Source: Fidelibacterota bacterium (GTDB lineage: Bacteria > Fidelibacterota > Fidelibacteria > Fidelibacterales > Fidelibacteraceae). Taken from it: a stretch of DNA of 18,989 bases. This document shows positions 1-7,885 of the stretch, one piece after another. The DNA lies in the NCBI GenBank assembly GCA_034723415.1, contig JAYEOX010000045.1, positions 1 through 18,989 on the forward strand. The letters are read 5' to 3'. The notes beneath the pieces are model-generated. The model was not told the origin of the DNA. It made no database searches and saw only the letters and a list, made by a program, of their open reading frames with translations. Position 1 is the stretch's first letter, and each line of letters starts with the position of its first letter. The position numbers and the translations under genes are program-made.

Positions 1-4
1 AGTT

Positions 5-137
5 CATTTCGGCTTCGCTCAATACAGGCATTTCGGCTCCGCTCAATACAGGCATTTCGGCTTCGCTCAATGAACGGGTTGATTTATTTTCATTTTTCCC
101 AAATCGGTTATTGAGCGGAGTCGAAATACCCGATTTG
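5..137. repeat. REP-like repeat cluster: 24-bp tandem units plus an inverted copy
   Basis: CATTTCGGCTYCGCTCAATACAGG at 5-28 and 29-52, with a partial unit at 53-71. Inverted copy ATTGAGCGGAGTCGAAAT at 110-127 is enclosed by a CAAATCGG/CCGATTTG stem (100-107/130-137). Lies just downstream of the - strand asparaginase gene. Confidence 0.8.
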
Positions 138-140
138 TTT

Positions 141-632
141 TCACTCGTTAATAATTTCAAATCTTTTCTTTTCTACATTTTTCCTGGAGTTGTTCGGATC
201 AAATATTCTTCCATTCATAGCAATAAAAACACCCGTTGGTAAAATTTGAACTGCAGTAACTGCAGAACCGATATTAAAAACCGCATCACTTGATTTAAAT
301 CTTGCAGGTTGCATTGAACCGGTTAGAACAATAACTTTGTTATGTGGTTTTTGACTTAATAATTGAGCAGTTTTTATCATTGTATCTGTTCCATGTGTAA
401 CAACAATTTTATCATGTGGATCTTCTAAAATAGTATCTATAATTTTTTTTCTATCTTTTTCTGTCAAATCCAAACTGTCTTTTTTTAAAATGGATTCTAC
501 TTCATATGTAATCCCTACATTTGATTCTTTTAGAATTTCATCTGCAATTGATTCGCCTATTTGATATTTGCTGCTCTGATCAAAATATACCTTATCGATC
601 GTGCCGCCAACCGTAAGTATTTTTATCTCCAT
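141..632 (-). CDS. Short asparaginase-family protein (N-terminal catalytic domain only)
   Basis: Motifs TVGGTIDK, THGTDTM and LTGSMQP match the asparaginase/glutaminase N-terminal domain. AGGAGG RBS upstream on the - strand. Only 163 aa. Confidence 0.85.
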   Translation of the reverse strand: MEIKILTVGGTIDKVYFDQSSKYQIGESIADEILKESNVGITYEVESILKKDSLDLTEKDRKKIIDTILEDPHDKIVVTHGTDTMIKTAQLLSQKPHNKVIVLTGSMQPARFKSSDAVFNIGSAVTAVQILPTGVFIAMNGRIFDPNNSRKNVEKKRFEIINE

Positions 633-798
633 TTTTGTCCTCCTAATTAATATTAAATTTATTTAAAATATTTTGAAATAAAAATATTAATCTTTTAAAA
701 ATTAACATACAAATTACAGAAATTAATTTTTTCATTTATACAAATAATTTTATTATATTTAAGAATGGTGAAAGATTAAAATGAATACATAAAAGGGA

Positions 799-2076
799 AT
801 GAATATGTTAGATATCAAACGAATACGAAATAATCCTGATGAAGTTAAAAACGGTTTGAAAAATAAAGGTGTCGATGCTGAGATAGATAAGATTTTAGAT
901 ATTGATAAAAAATTGCGGCAACTTGAAAACGAAACAGATGAATTAAAACACAGACGAAATGTTGTAAGTAAAGAGATAAGTTTAAAGAAAAAAAACAAAG
1001 AAGATGCGTCAAATGCCATTTCCGATATGCAAAAAGTTGCTAAAACAATAAAAGCAAACGATAATGAAATTCAAAAATATAAAAGTTCATTAAGCGAATT
1101 GCTGTTTAATACTCCAAACACTCCTCATAGCTCTGCACCAATTGGAATATCAGAAAAAGATAATATCGTTGTTAGAGAAGTTGGTAAAAAGGATGAATTT
1201 AATTTCTCCATAAAAGATCATATTGAATTAGCCGAAAATAACTCTTTGATCGATTTCGAAAGAGGAGCAAAAATTGCAGGCAGCGGATTTCCGCTATATA
1301 CAGGTGAAGGAGCAAGATTAGAAAGATCATTAATAAATTTTATGCTCGATGTACATACAACTGAACATGGATACAAAGAAATATTACCACCCTTTATGGC
1401 AAATGTTAAATCCACAACAACAACAGGGCAGCTTCCTAAATTTGGTGATGATATGTATTTTATTAATGAAGATGAATTATATTTAGTACCAACTGCAGAA
1501 GTCCCGGTAACGAATATTCACCAAGAAGAAATTCTAGATGTAAAAAATTTACCTATAAAATATACGGCATATTCCGGATGTTTCAGAAGAGAAGCCGGTT
1601 CTTACGGCAAAGATACACGCGGACTTCAAAGATTACATCAGTTTAATAAAGTTGAATTAGTTCAGTTCGTTCACCCCGACAGATCATACGAAGTTCTAGA
1701 AGAGATCGTAAATAATGCTGAAACGATCTTAAAACAATTAAAATTACCATATCGTGTGATTGAATTGTGCACCGGAGATTTGAGCTTCGCTTCTTCTAAA
1801 TGTTATGATATCGAATTGTGGTCACCGGCAACAGAAAAATGGTTGGAGGTTTCGAGCTGTAGTAATTTTGAAGATTTCCAAGCAAGACGAGGTGGCATAA
1901 AATTTAGAGAAAATAATAAAGTGAATTTTCTCCACACATTAAACGGATCCGGAGTAGCAACACCACGCTTAATGATCTCACTGTTAGAAAATTATCAAAA
2001 AGAAAACGGCAGTATAAAAATACCGGAAGTGCTAATTCCATATTTTGGTAAAAAAGAAATTAGGTATAATGAATAA
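799..2076 (+). CDS. serS: Serine--tRNA ligase
   Basis: MLDIKRIR N-terminus with coiled-coil arm, PTAEVP, motif 2 FRREAGSYGKDTRGLQRLHQFNKVE, EVSSCSN and motif 3 HTLNGSGVATPR. True start is possibly the ATG at 805. Confidence 0.98.
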   Translation: MNMLDIKRIRNNPDEVKNGLKNKGVDAEIDKILDIDKKLRQLENETDELKHRRNVVSKEISLKKKNKEDASNAISDMQKVAKTIKANDNEIQKYKSSLSELLFNTPNTPHSSAPIGISEKDNIVVREVGKKDEFNFSIKDHIELAENNSLIDFERGAKIAGSGFPLYTGEGARLERSLINFMLDVHTTEHGYKEILPPFMANVKSTTTTGQLPKFGDDMYFINEDELYLVPTAEVPVTNIHQEEILDVKNLPIKYTAYSGCFRREAGSYGKDTRGLQRLHQFNKVELVQFVHPDRSYEVLEEIVNNAETILKQLKLPYRVIELCTGDLSFASSKCYDIELWSPATEKWLEVSSCSNFEDFQARRGGIKFRENNKVNFLHTLNGSGVATPRLMISLLENYQKENGSIKIPEVLIPYFGKKEIRYNE

Positions 2077-2090
2077 AAATTAGGAGACAA

Positions 2091-2834
2091 ATGGCAAAAG
2101 AGAATAATAAAAGTTTATTAAAAAATCTTAAGTACTTGCCGAGAACATTTTTCATTTTATTTGTTACGGTAATAATTACTTTCCCATTTGCAGGATTACT
2201 TTATTTATTAACTTTCATAATAAAAAATCAGAAGTTTTTTTCACTACTTGTCAGAATGTGGGCAAATGTAATTTTATGGACTTCAGGATTGAAAATTAAT
2301 GTTACAGGTCTGGAAAATATTGATAATAAAAAACAATATATTGTGATCGCTAACCATGAAAGTGCATTGGATATTTTTTTAGGAATTGGAAAAATTCCAC
2401 TTCAAATAAGAATGGTTTCAAAAGACGGTGTTAAAAAACTTCCAATTATTGGCGGACTAATGACAAGATTATATTTCGTTTTTATTGATTTAACGAATCC
2501 TAAAAAGGCAATAATGCAATTAAACGAATCTATGGTAACAATAATCAAAAATAATCTTTCGCTATTTATGTTTCCGGAAGGTACCAGAATAAAAAATATC
2601 CCATTAAAGCCATTTAAAAAGGGTGCATTTGTTTTAGCGGTGAAACATAAATTGCCAATTTTACCTGTAATTTTTCGAAATACGGGAAAGATTACTCCCC
2701 CGAGAACTTTATGGTTTCGAAAACAAAAAGTAGATGTGGAAATTTTACCGACAATATCGACTGATGATTTAAACATGGAAGATATTGATAATTTAAAAAA
2801 TAGATGTTTTAATATGTATAAAGAAAAATTATAA
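2091..2834 (+). CDS. plsC: 1-acyl-sn-glycerol-3-phosphate acyltransferase (lysophospholipid acyltransferase family)
   Basis: NHESALD (HX4D), FPEGTR and PFKKGAF motifs, N-terminal hydrophobic segment, GGAG RBS. Confidence 0.88.
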   Translation: MAKENNKSLLKNLKYLPRTFFILFVTVIITFPFAGLLYLLTFIIKNQKFFSLLVRMWANVILWTSGLKINVTGLENIDNKKQYIVIANHESALDIFLGIGKIPLQIRMVSKDGVKKLPIIGGLMTRLYFVFIDLTNPKKAIMQLNESMVTIIKNNLSLFMFPEGTRIKNIPLKPFKKGAFVLAVKHKLPILPVIFRNTGKITPPRTLWFRKQKVDVEILPTISTDDLNMEDIDNLKNRCFNMYKEKL

Positions 2835-2840
2835 CTAAAA

Positions 2841-4193
2841 GTGGCTATGGAACTTTCACTTTATTCTCAATTATTTGAACCTTCAAGAATATATTTTTCC
2901 GAAAAAAGATTACATCACTTATGGAGTAAATATCTTTGGAAAAAATTATATCGATCTACAACAGGGCAAAATATTTCCATAATTTCTACAGGGAAACATA
3001 ATGATAATGAGGGACCGGATTTTCTTAATGCTCAAATTATTATTAATGATAATTATCTAACAGGCGATATTGAGATACATTTTGATAACCACGATTGGTA
3101 TTATCATGCTCATCACAAAGATAAAAAATACAATAATTGTATTTTACATATTGCATTCCGGAAAGTGGAAAATGCTGATTATGTCTTAACTGAAAATGAA
3201 AAGAAGGTTCCTATTTTATACATTCCATATCAAGAATTGGAAAATTATCCGCACAAAACGCAATGTTGGTTACATCCCAAATCGCCGGATGAATTTTTTA
3301 GTATTCTCGAAAAATACGGGACATTAAGATTTAATAAAAAAACCGATTATTTCTTCAAACAAAGCACTCGTTTCAATTTTGACTTGATGTTCTTCTGGGG
3401 AATATTTAAATCAAGCGGTTATCGTTACAATCAAGAAAATATGGTTAAATTATTTTTGAGATTCCCGTGGAAAGATTATTTCAATAAAAAATTATTACCG
3501 GAACAAATAGAAAAAATTCTTTTTCAACTTTCTGAATTAGAAATAAATCAAAAAGATGAATATTCAAAAAAATTGTTAGATTCGGATTCAGCAATCAATA
3601 AATATATTCATAAAAAATATAATAATACGATTAATTGGACTTATTCTCGCACTCGCCCAACGAATTTTCCTGATAGACGAATTGGTTGGCTGGTAGGATT
3701 TCTTAAAAAATATTATAATGATCCACCGACAGAAAAAATATTTACAATACTGTCAGAAAAAAATGATTGGTCAAAACAAACAGAAAAATTTTTAACTGTG
3801 CGGCCAAATGAATATTGGAAAAAACATTATCGTTTTGGAAAAAATACAGACAAATCAATAAATACAAATTTTGGCAGAGGACGCCGAGATGAAATTGCCT
3901 TAAATATTATATTACCATTACTATTTGCATATAATTTAAAGAAAATAAAAAGCGATGATTTTAGAAAAAAAATATTGCATTATGTAAAAAATAGGAAATT
4001 GACAAATGAATACAATAAAATAAAAAAATACTATAATAAGCACAACATACCTATTAAAAATAAAAAAAGAAGATCCTGGATAAATAGTCAAGGTGTTTTA
4101 TATATAATCGAAAATTTTTGTTCACAGGATCTGCAAGAGTTGTGTCCAATTTGTAATCTAAATGTAAACAATGAAAAAACACAAAATAGTTAA
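2841..4193 (+). CDS. DUF2851 family protein
   Basis: E-x-x-LHHLW, G-x-HN-x-x-x-GPDF-x-NA, GDIEIH...DW-x-x-H-x-H-x-x-D-x-x-YNN-x-ILH, RPTNFP-x-RRI and C-terminal Cys cluster FC...CPIC. Start is GTG 2841 or ATG 2847. Confidence 0.8.
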   Translation: MAMELSLYSQLFEPSRIYFSEKRLHHLWSKYLWKKLYRSTTGQNISIISTGKHNDNEGPDFLNAQIIINDNYLTGDIEIHFDNHDWYYHAHHKDKKYNNCILHIAFRKVENADYVLTENEKKVPILYIPYQELENYPHKTQCWLHPKSPDEFFSILEKYGTLRFNKKTDYFFKQSTRFNFDLMFFWGIFKSSGYRYNQENMVKLFLRFPWKDYFNKKLLPEQIEKILFQLSELEINQKDEYSKKLLDSDSAINKYIHKKYNNTINWTYSRTRPTNFPDRRIGWLVGFLKKYYNDPPTEKIFTILSEKNDWSKQTEKFLTVRPNEYWKKHYRFGKNTDKSINTNFGRGRRDEIALNIILPLLFAYNLKKIKSDDFRKKILHYVKNRKLTNEYNKIKKYYNKHNIPIKNKKRRSWINSQGVLYIIENFCSQDLQELCPICNLNVNNEKTQNS

Positions 4194-4219
4194 CAACGAA
4201 TTACACTAATTACACTAAT
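4191..4219 (+). repeat. 9-nt-period repeat starting at the DUF2851 stop codon
   Basis: TAACAACG-AATTACACT-AATTACACT-AAT. Confidence 0.55.
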
Positions 4220-4334
4220 AAGAAAAGAAGAAGATTATAGAATATAGCCATGAAAGACACCCCGATACGCTTCAAGCGAAAAGTAAAAAAATATGAAAAT
4301 AATTTCTTGAGTTTAGTGGTGGAAAAGGAGAAAA

Positions 4335-4817
4335 ATGAAAATTGAAAATAATATAATGAGTAGAGAAAACGCAAAAGTTCAAATTAAAAATTGGCAAAAT
4401 AAAGACGAAAAAGTCGTTTTTACAAATGGATGTTTTGATATTCTTCATGCCGGACATATAAGATATTTATCAAAAGCTAAATCAATTGGTGATCATTTAG
4501 TGATCGGATTAAACACAGACAGTTCTGTGAAAAAACTCAAAGGGGCAAATCGTCCATTACAAGATGAGCAAGACAGAGCATTAATATTAGCAGGATTGAA
4601 GGCAGTAGATCTGGTGGTATTATTTGATGAAGATACTCCATTAGAGATCATAACATTTTTAAAACCGGATATTTTAGTGAAGGGAAGCGATTACACAATT
4701 GATAACATCGTTGGAGCAAAAGAAATAGTTCAATGGGGTGGAAAAGTTGAGACGATAGAATTTGTAAATGGCAAATCAACGAGTTCAATAATAAAAAAGA
4801 TAGAACAGAACAAATGA
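4335..4817 (+). CDS. rfaE2: D-glycero-beta-D-manno-heptose 1-phosphate adenylyltransferase (stand-alone HldE domain II)
   Basis: [18 protein letters not shown] (HxGH), [18 protein letters not shown] and GKSTSSII motifs. AAGGAG RBS. Confidence 0.92.
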   Translation: MKIENNIMSRENAKVQIKNWQNKDEKVVFTNGCFDILHAGHIRYLSKAKSIGDHLVIGLNTDSSVKKLKGANRPLQDEQDRALILAGLKAVDLVVLFDEDTPLEIITFLKPDILVKGSDYTIDNIVGAKEIVQWGGKVETIEFVNGKSTSSIIKKIEQNK

Positions 4818-5812
4818 AACAAATTGATGAAAGAGACATAATGTTCTCTAGAATGATCTTACAAAAAGACAGCAAAGAATATAAAGAATATTATAAAAAA
4901 CATCCTGACAGAAAAAAACTCGATGACAATTTAAGAAGTAACCCCGATATATTTTCTAATCAAAAGGCAGAAAAATATAGTAAGTTAAGATCACCATTTG
5001 TAGATGCAGGATTTCAATATTTATCCGATATAAAACATTTAGCAGAAGGCAAAATTGCTTCTAAAAAAGTTGAAACAAACCCTAAAGAAATTACAGAACA
5101 ATTAAAAAATTTAACAAAATATCTTGGAGCTGATCTATTTGGAATTGCTAAGCTAAATAACAAACATTATTATTCTCATAGAGGCAGAGAAGGAAATTAT
5201 GGAAAAAAGATCAGAAGCAAACATAAATACGCAATAGTTTTTCTCACAGAAATGGAAGAGGAAATGATCAGCAAAGCACCAAACATTGAGATAACAATAG
5301 CTTCAGTGAAAGGTTATGTAAAAGCGGGAACGATCGGAATGTGGCTCTCTTATTATTTGCGAAATTTAGGATACGAAGCAAGAAATCATCTTGACGGAAA
5401 TTATTTGCTTGTTGCTCCATTAGTTGCCAAAGATGCCGGACTTGGTGAAATTGGGCGAAATGCACTTTTGCTAACAAGAGAATTTGGACCTCGTGTCAGA
5501 ATTGGAATTGTAACAACTAATTTGGAGTTAATTCCGGATAAAAAGAGAGATTTTGGCTTTCTAAAACTTTGCAATGCTTGTAAAAGATGTGCAAAAGAAT
5601 GTACCGCAGAATCTATCTCCTTTGATAACTTTTCAAAAAGAGAAAAAATAAGTATCGATCAAGCAAAATGTTATAAAATGTGGTCACAACTTGGTACTGA
5701 TTGTGGAATTTGTTTGGATGTCTGCCCTTTGTCGCATAATATTCCGGCTTCTCTTTTGAATAAATTACAACGGGGAAATCGTGAAGTGATTGGTAAAATA
5801 TTAAAATATTAA
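4814..5812 (+). CDS. Reductive dehalogenase-like (RdhA/QueG superfamily) cobalamin, 2x[4Fe-4S] protein
   Basis: [29 protein letters not shown] and EFGPRVR...VTTNLEL-x-PD motifs. Fe-S motifs [11 protein letters not shown] and C-x-x-x-W...CGICLDVCP. No Tat signal. ATGA overlap with rfaE2. Confidence 0.75.
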   Translation: MKQIDERDIMFSRMILQKDSKEYKEYYKKHPDRKKLDDNLRSNPDIFSNQKAEKYSKLRSPFVDAGFQYLSDIKHLAEGKIASKKVETNPKEITEQLKNLTKYLGADLFGIAKLNNKHYYSHRGREGNYGKKIRSKHKYAIVFLTEMEEEMISKAPNIEITIASVKGYVKAGTIGMWLSYYLRNLGYEARNHLDGNYLLVAPLVAKDAGLGEIGRNALLLTREFGPRVRIGIVTTNLELIPDKKRDFGFLKLCNACKRCAKECTAESISFDNFSKREKISIDQAKCYKMWSQLGTDCGICLDVCPLSHNIPASLLNKLQRGNREVIGKILKY

Positions 5813-5836
5813 TAATGCAATAGAGGTATATTAATT

Positions 5837-7858
5837 ATGAAAAAACGACTAATAATATCTTTAGTTTTACTTATTACAATAAAATTATTCGGTATTAGCA
5901 TTTATGATATTCAATACACAAATAAAGCCGGAAATGGAACCTACCCTTCTCCATATAATGGGAAAACAGTAACTACAGGCGGAATTGTTACAGGAGTAAA
6001 TTTACATAATGGAAATACATTTTTTATAGAATCCTCTTCCGGAGGAGCTTGGTCTGGAATATATATCAATGATAAAAATCATTTAGTTTCGTTGGGAGAT
6101 AGTTTGATTATCACGGGAAAAGTTTATGACTATTTTGGACCTACGGAAATTAATAACATTTCTTCTTTTCAAAAAGTGAGTTCAGGAAATGATCTCCCAT
6201 CACCAGTTCAAATATCAACAAATGATGTAAATATTTACGAAGCGTATGAAAGCGTTTTGGTTACTGTAAACAATGTAACTGTTACGGAAGAACCAATCAG
6301 ATTCGGCAACTGGAAAGTGGATGATGGAAGTGGAGAATGCACGATCTCTAAAGGATTTTTGGACATAGTTACAAAAGGATATTCGGTTAATTTAGATGAT
6401 CATTTTACAAGTATTACGGGAATATTAAATTATTCTTACAATAATCATAACCTTAATCCTCGAAATATAAAAGATTTAAAGACATCACCTAAAAGTATAT
6501 TTCATAATTCATATTCTGAAATTGGCGACACAATAACAATTATTCAAAAGCCATTATTGAATATTCCTTTCATCGGAACTACCGGCAGCACTATTGAAAT
6601 TCTTTGTAAAACGGATAAATACATAAGGAAATGGTCTGCATCTATTCAATTTGAGAAATTTAAATATTCATTGCCAATTTTCAATGTGAAGCAATATGGA
6701 AATTTTTATAAACTTTACGCCACAATTCCCAAAACTAAATTTTATGAATTGTTTGATCTGATCGTGTCAACAGGAACAGAAACGGATAGAACAGAAAATG
6801 CAGTAAAAATAATTTCCGACTGGAAAGATAGTTATTATTTTATCCATATAACAGATTCACATTTACCTACTCATATTTTTTACGATGATAAGGGTTATAA
6901 AACAGATACATCGGAAATTGCTGATCTGCGAGAAGTGATAAAAGATATAAACCTTCTCAATCCGGAATTTGTCCTTTTTACCGGAGATATAGTTAATGAA
7001 GGCGAGTTTGAGGATTTCCAAAATAGAAGATATTATACAAAAAGTCAAAAATTATTAGCCGAATTTGATGTTCCCGTATTTGTAACTTCGGGTAATCACG
7101 ATCTTAGCGGCAGTAAAAAAACACCACCAATTCAAGGAATTTCAAGAAGAAATTGGTGGAAATTTTATGGTTGGAAATGGCTGGAAAACACGACAAGTTT
7201 TTATCCTTACCACACACAAAATTATCATTTCAAATATGGATCGCAAAATTTTATCGGTTTAGAAGCTTATGACAATCATGACAAATTCATGCTTAATATT
7301 TATGGTAATGAAAGTTTTACAAATGACCAATTAAAATACTTGAACTCAACATTAAACAATATTCCTAAATATGAAAAGAAAATATTATTTTTCCATTATG
7401 ACTTTTCCCATCAGATAGATCTTGCTGAGCTTGGAGTTGATATGGCGCTCATAGGTCACATACATACTAATTGGGGAGATATTAATGAATATCCATATTT
7501 TTTAGTAACAGCGGCAACTTGTGATGAAATTCGAGCTTATAGAGTTATTAAAGTAAAATCAAATCGACTATATCCAAAAGAAACAATTAACGCCGGTTTC
7601 GGAGGAAAAAAATTAAATATTATATATTCTCCGTCAAATAGAGGAGTTGCAAATTTAGTAACAGCAACAATTGAGAATCGACATCCAATCTCTTTTGAAA
7701 ATATTTTGATAAAATTTAAAATGCCAAAAAGCTACGATTATCACATAAAAAATGGTAAGTTAAAACAAATTGTAGAATACAAATATTTTAATATTTGTTA
7801 TGTAAAAGCGAATTTATCTGCTTCAAACACTACTTCTATCTCTATTTCGGTAAAATAA
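5837..7858 (+). CDS. Secreted OB-fold + calcineurin-like metallophosphoesterase, copy 1 (no C-terminal sorting domain)
   Basis: Signal peptide MKKRLIISLVLLITIKLFG. N-terminal SIYDIQY...SPY-x-G-x-x-V...GIVTG...WSGIY region resembles YhcR/ExeM-type OB folds. Metal motifs TDSH, GDIVNEG, GNHD, FHYD and GHIH. Confidence 0.8.
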   Translation: MKKRLIISLVLLITIKLFGISIYDIQYTNKAGNGTYPSPYNGKTVTTGGIVTGVNLHNGNTFFIESSSGGAWSGIYINDKNHLVSLGDSLIITGKVYDYFGPTEINNISSFQKVSSGNDLPSPVQISTNDVNIYEAYESVLVTVNNVTVTEEPIRFGNWKVDDGSGECTISKGFLDIVTKGYSVNLDDHFTSITGILNYSYNNHNLNPRNIKDLKTSPKSIFHNSYSEIGDTITIIQKPLLNIPFIGTTGSTIEILCKTDKYIRKWSASIQFEKFKYSLPIFNVKQYGNFYKLYATIPKTKFYELFDLIVSTGTETDRTENAVKIISDWKDSYYFIHITDSHLPTHIFYDDKGYKTDTSEIADLREVIKDINLLNPEFVLFTGDIVNEGEFEDFQNRRYYTKSQKLLAEFDVPVFVTSGNHDLSGSKKTPPIQGISRRNWWKFYGWKWLENTTSFYPYHTQNYHFKYGSQNFIGLEAYDNHDKFMLNIYGNESFTNDQLKYLNSTLNNIPKYEKKILFFHYDFSHQIDLAELGVDMALIGHIHTNWGDINEYPYFLVTAATCDEIRAYRVIKVKSNRLYPKETINAGFGGKKLNIIYSPSNRGVANLVTATIENRHPISFENILIKFKMPKSYDYHIKNGKLKQIVEYKYFNICYVKANLSASNTTSISISVK

Positions 7859-7885
7859 TAATCGCAAAAATAAGGCGCATTTATA

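Noticed and set aside
5..71. CRISPR array
   Set aside because: The 24-bp units are directly adjacent with no unique spacers, and there are no cas genes in the window.
633..798. T-box or other leader RNA upstream of serS
   Set aside because: The region is short and almost pure A/T, with no T-box consensus or stable terminator/antiterminator.
4814..5812. Respiratory rdhA or definite queG call
   Set aside because: There is no Tat leader or rdhB, and it lacks the QueG CISY/GCDxCQ motifs. Left as RdhA-like of unknown function.
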